A model generated the notes under the pieces. It searched no databases, had not been told where the DNA came from, and worked only from the letters and a program-made list of their open reading frames with translations. DNA of 64,000 nucleotides, taken from assembly GCF_004010195.1 (NCBI RefSeq), contig NC_057721.1, forward strand, positions 52,081,261 to 52,145,260, in the 5' to 3' direction. The position numbers and the translations under genes were made by a program. Below, piece by piece: positions 62,451 through 64,000 of the stretch. Numbering within the stretch: position 1 is the first letter of the stretch; each line of letters opens with the position of its first letter. This DNA is from Chiloscyllium plagiosum. Taxonomy: Eukaryota.

Positions 62451-63805
62451 CATTGTGGTCAGTCATGTATTTGCTTCTACTTTTGCAGGTTTCTGGCCCA
62501 CTCCCTGTTGTTGCTGCTACAATGATATGCATGGTTTTTCAGTGGTCATTGCCTTAGGGTACCCTCTGGTTGTATCTTTGGAAGCAGATTTATTGCATTG
62601 GCAAACCCAGTGTCTTTTTGCACTTTCCACACTGCCCAACTATAATGGTTTCATTTTCTTTTTCTCCCATCCTTTAGCAATGTTGCAACTTTCCTTTTTC
62701 TCCAAGAGGTCTTTTTGGAAAGCTCCAATAGATGTTGAAGTTTTAACCAACTTTATTATCCACTCAAGACAGTTCAGCCTCTGAACAATCACAGACCTTG
62801 CCCTTGTCAGTGCATCCATGATAAAATGGTCAATTGATTACTGTGCCTTTAATTTACCATCTCAATGTACAACTGGTTGTAGTATAAACAGAAAAACATT
62901 TATTTTAAATTAAGTCCCCATTCACCTATTTACCTCAAGTCCAATCTCTAGGAGTATCATTTTCCACTTTTACAAGTAGATGCCCATGTGGTCATGTGTA
63001 TCAGAAATAGTGCTGAGGTGATCATGCTCCCCAGTGTGCAATAAAATGTGAAAATCGCAAACTACTTTCTGATTTACTGTGATCTTCCACAAGCTTTGCA
63101 ACACCAGTAGCTCACTAACAGAAGTGACATTTGAGCATATGAAAGAAATTAATTTGCATTGCTCACCCACTACTTTACTATTAAACATGCTAGAGAAAGG
63201 TAGGGCTTTGCACATTCAGATGTAAGTGGATTGTTAATGATGTGCTAAGCTTTAATTACTGTTGAACAAACTGAAAATGTAGGTTCACAGTATGTAGTTC
63301 CAATCTTTAATATTTCACATAAGCTGAGGATACCATGAAGGACCCTCCTCCTCAAACTCTCCCCTCGTGGGTGTGGTGATCCTCAGGTTAAACCTCCATC
63401 AGCCAATTCTCACTAATGAGAGAGCAGCTCAATGGTTCAGTAGGACAATGGAGATTTTACCTTCATTGTTGGAGAATTTAAAAATAAATCTTTGAACTTT
63501 TCTTTTGGCATCTCTTTCTCAATATTTCACTTTCTGTTAATGATTTTTATACTGAATTCAATTTTCTAATTTATATTTCCTGGCTTGTAGTCTGCTTGTC
63601 TCAGGAAAGATTTTTCAATCTGATTGGTCTGTTTTGGTTACCTTACTCACAGACTCCAGATCCCCTGTAGAGGGCTTGGCACTGGAAATGGTATCTTAGT
63701 AAGGGAACTGTTACTCAAAAACTCTCAAAGTGAATGGTAAACATAGTGAATGGTAAACTACATTCCTACACAACTGATCACAAAATCTGACCATTTTCCA
63801 CTTAC

Positions 63806-64000
63806 CCCCTGCAGGTGACAAGCGGCCATCAGCTGTTCGGATTAAATGTGTTATTTTTGTTTTTCTAGCCTTGCGCTTTTGGCTGCCAACGAGAGGTTCT
63901 TGTGTAACAGCTGTCAGTGGGCTGCTTGGAACCAATGCAGTATGGTCTGCTTTCTCTGCATGTTCCTCAATGTTTGAATCTGGTGGTGCTATGGCTGAAA
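63806..64000 (-). CDS. BBX: BBX internal coding exon (partial; continues beyond the window): ...GSQKRKARKTKITHLIRTADGRLSPAG
   Basis: Matches the recalled BBX motif RKTKITHLVRTADGRVSPAG; donor G|GTAAGT in phase 1, compatible with the 56058 acceptor. Confidence 0.92.

Noticed and set aside
63636-63700. Possible extra BBX micro-exon (donor-like GTGAGT on the - strand)
   Set aside because: No acceptor/donor pair I tried keeps phase 1-1 without a stop, and the flanking exons already join in frame.

Overview
Eukaryotic vertebrate DNA, most likely from a shark or other elasmobranch. This is inferred from the repeat content: abundant CR1 LINEs, HE1-type and Deu-type SINEs, Penelope-like elements and Tx1. 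Two genes lie tail to tail. (1) On the + strand is an unnamed immunoglobulin-superfamily receptor gene that I assembled from phase-compatible GT-AG exons: leader 12783-12846, germline-joined V(J)-type domain 17525-17890, C1-set domain 23126-23431, transmembrane exon with an intramembrane Arg 29366-29475, and an uncertain cytoplasmic exon (best guess 33559-33663, about 316 aa in total). The V domain resembles CD28H/TMIGD2 and the wider CD28/NKp30 family. The C1 domain and charged TM are antigen-receptor- or SIRP-like. (2) On the - strand are the last three coding exons of BBX (63806 to beyond 64000, 55851-56058, 53083-53170), followed by about 9.4 kb free of recognisable repeats, probably its 3' UTR. 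In human, the region beyond the BBX 3' end holds CD47, IFT57 and HHLA2 (the CD28H ligand). The rest is mostly decayed mobile DNA: hairpin-shaped Penelope-derived elements with hammerhead-ribozyme core motifs, a Ty1/copia relic, a Tx1 doublet nested in a Gypsy relic, and Harbinger, Rex1 and CR1 fragments. Most entries in the supplied ORF track are spurious or TE-derived. All homology calls come from motif recognition and memory; no searches were run.
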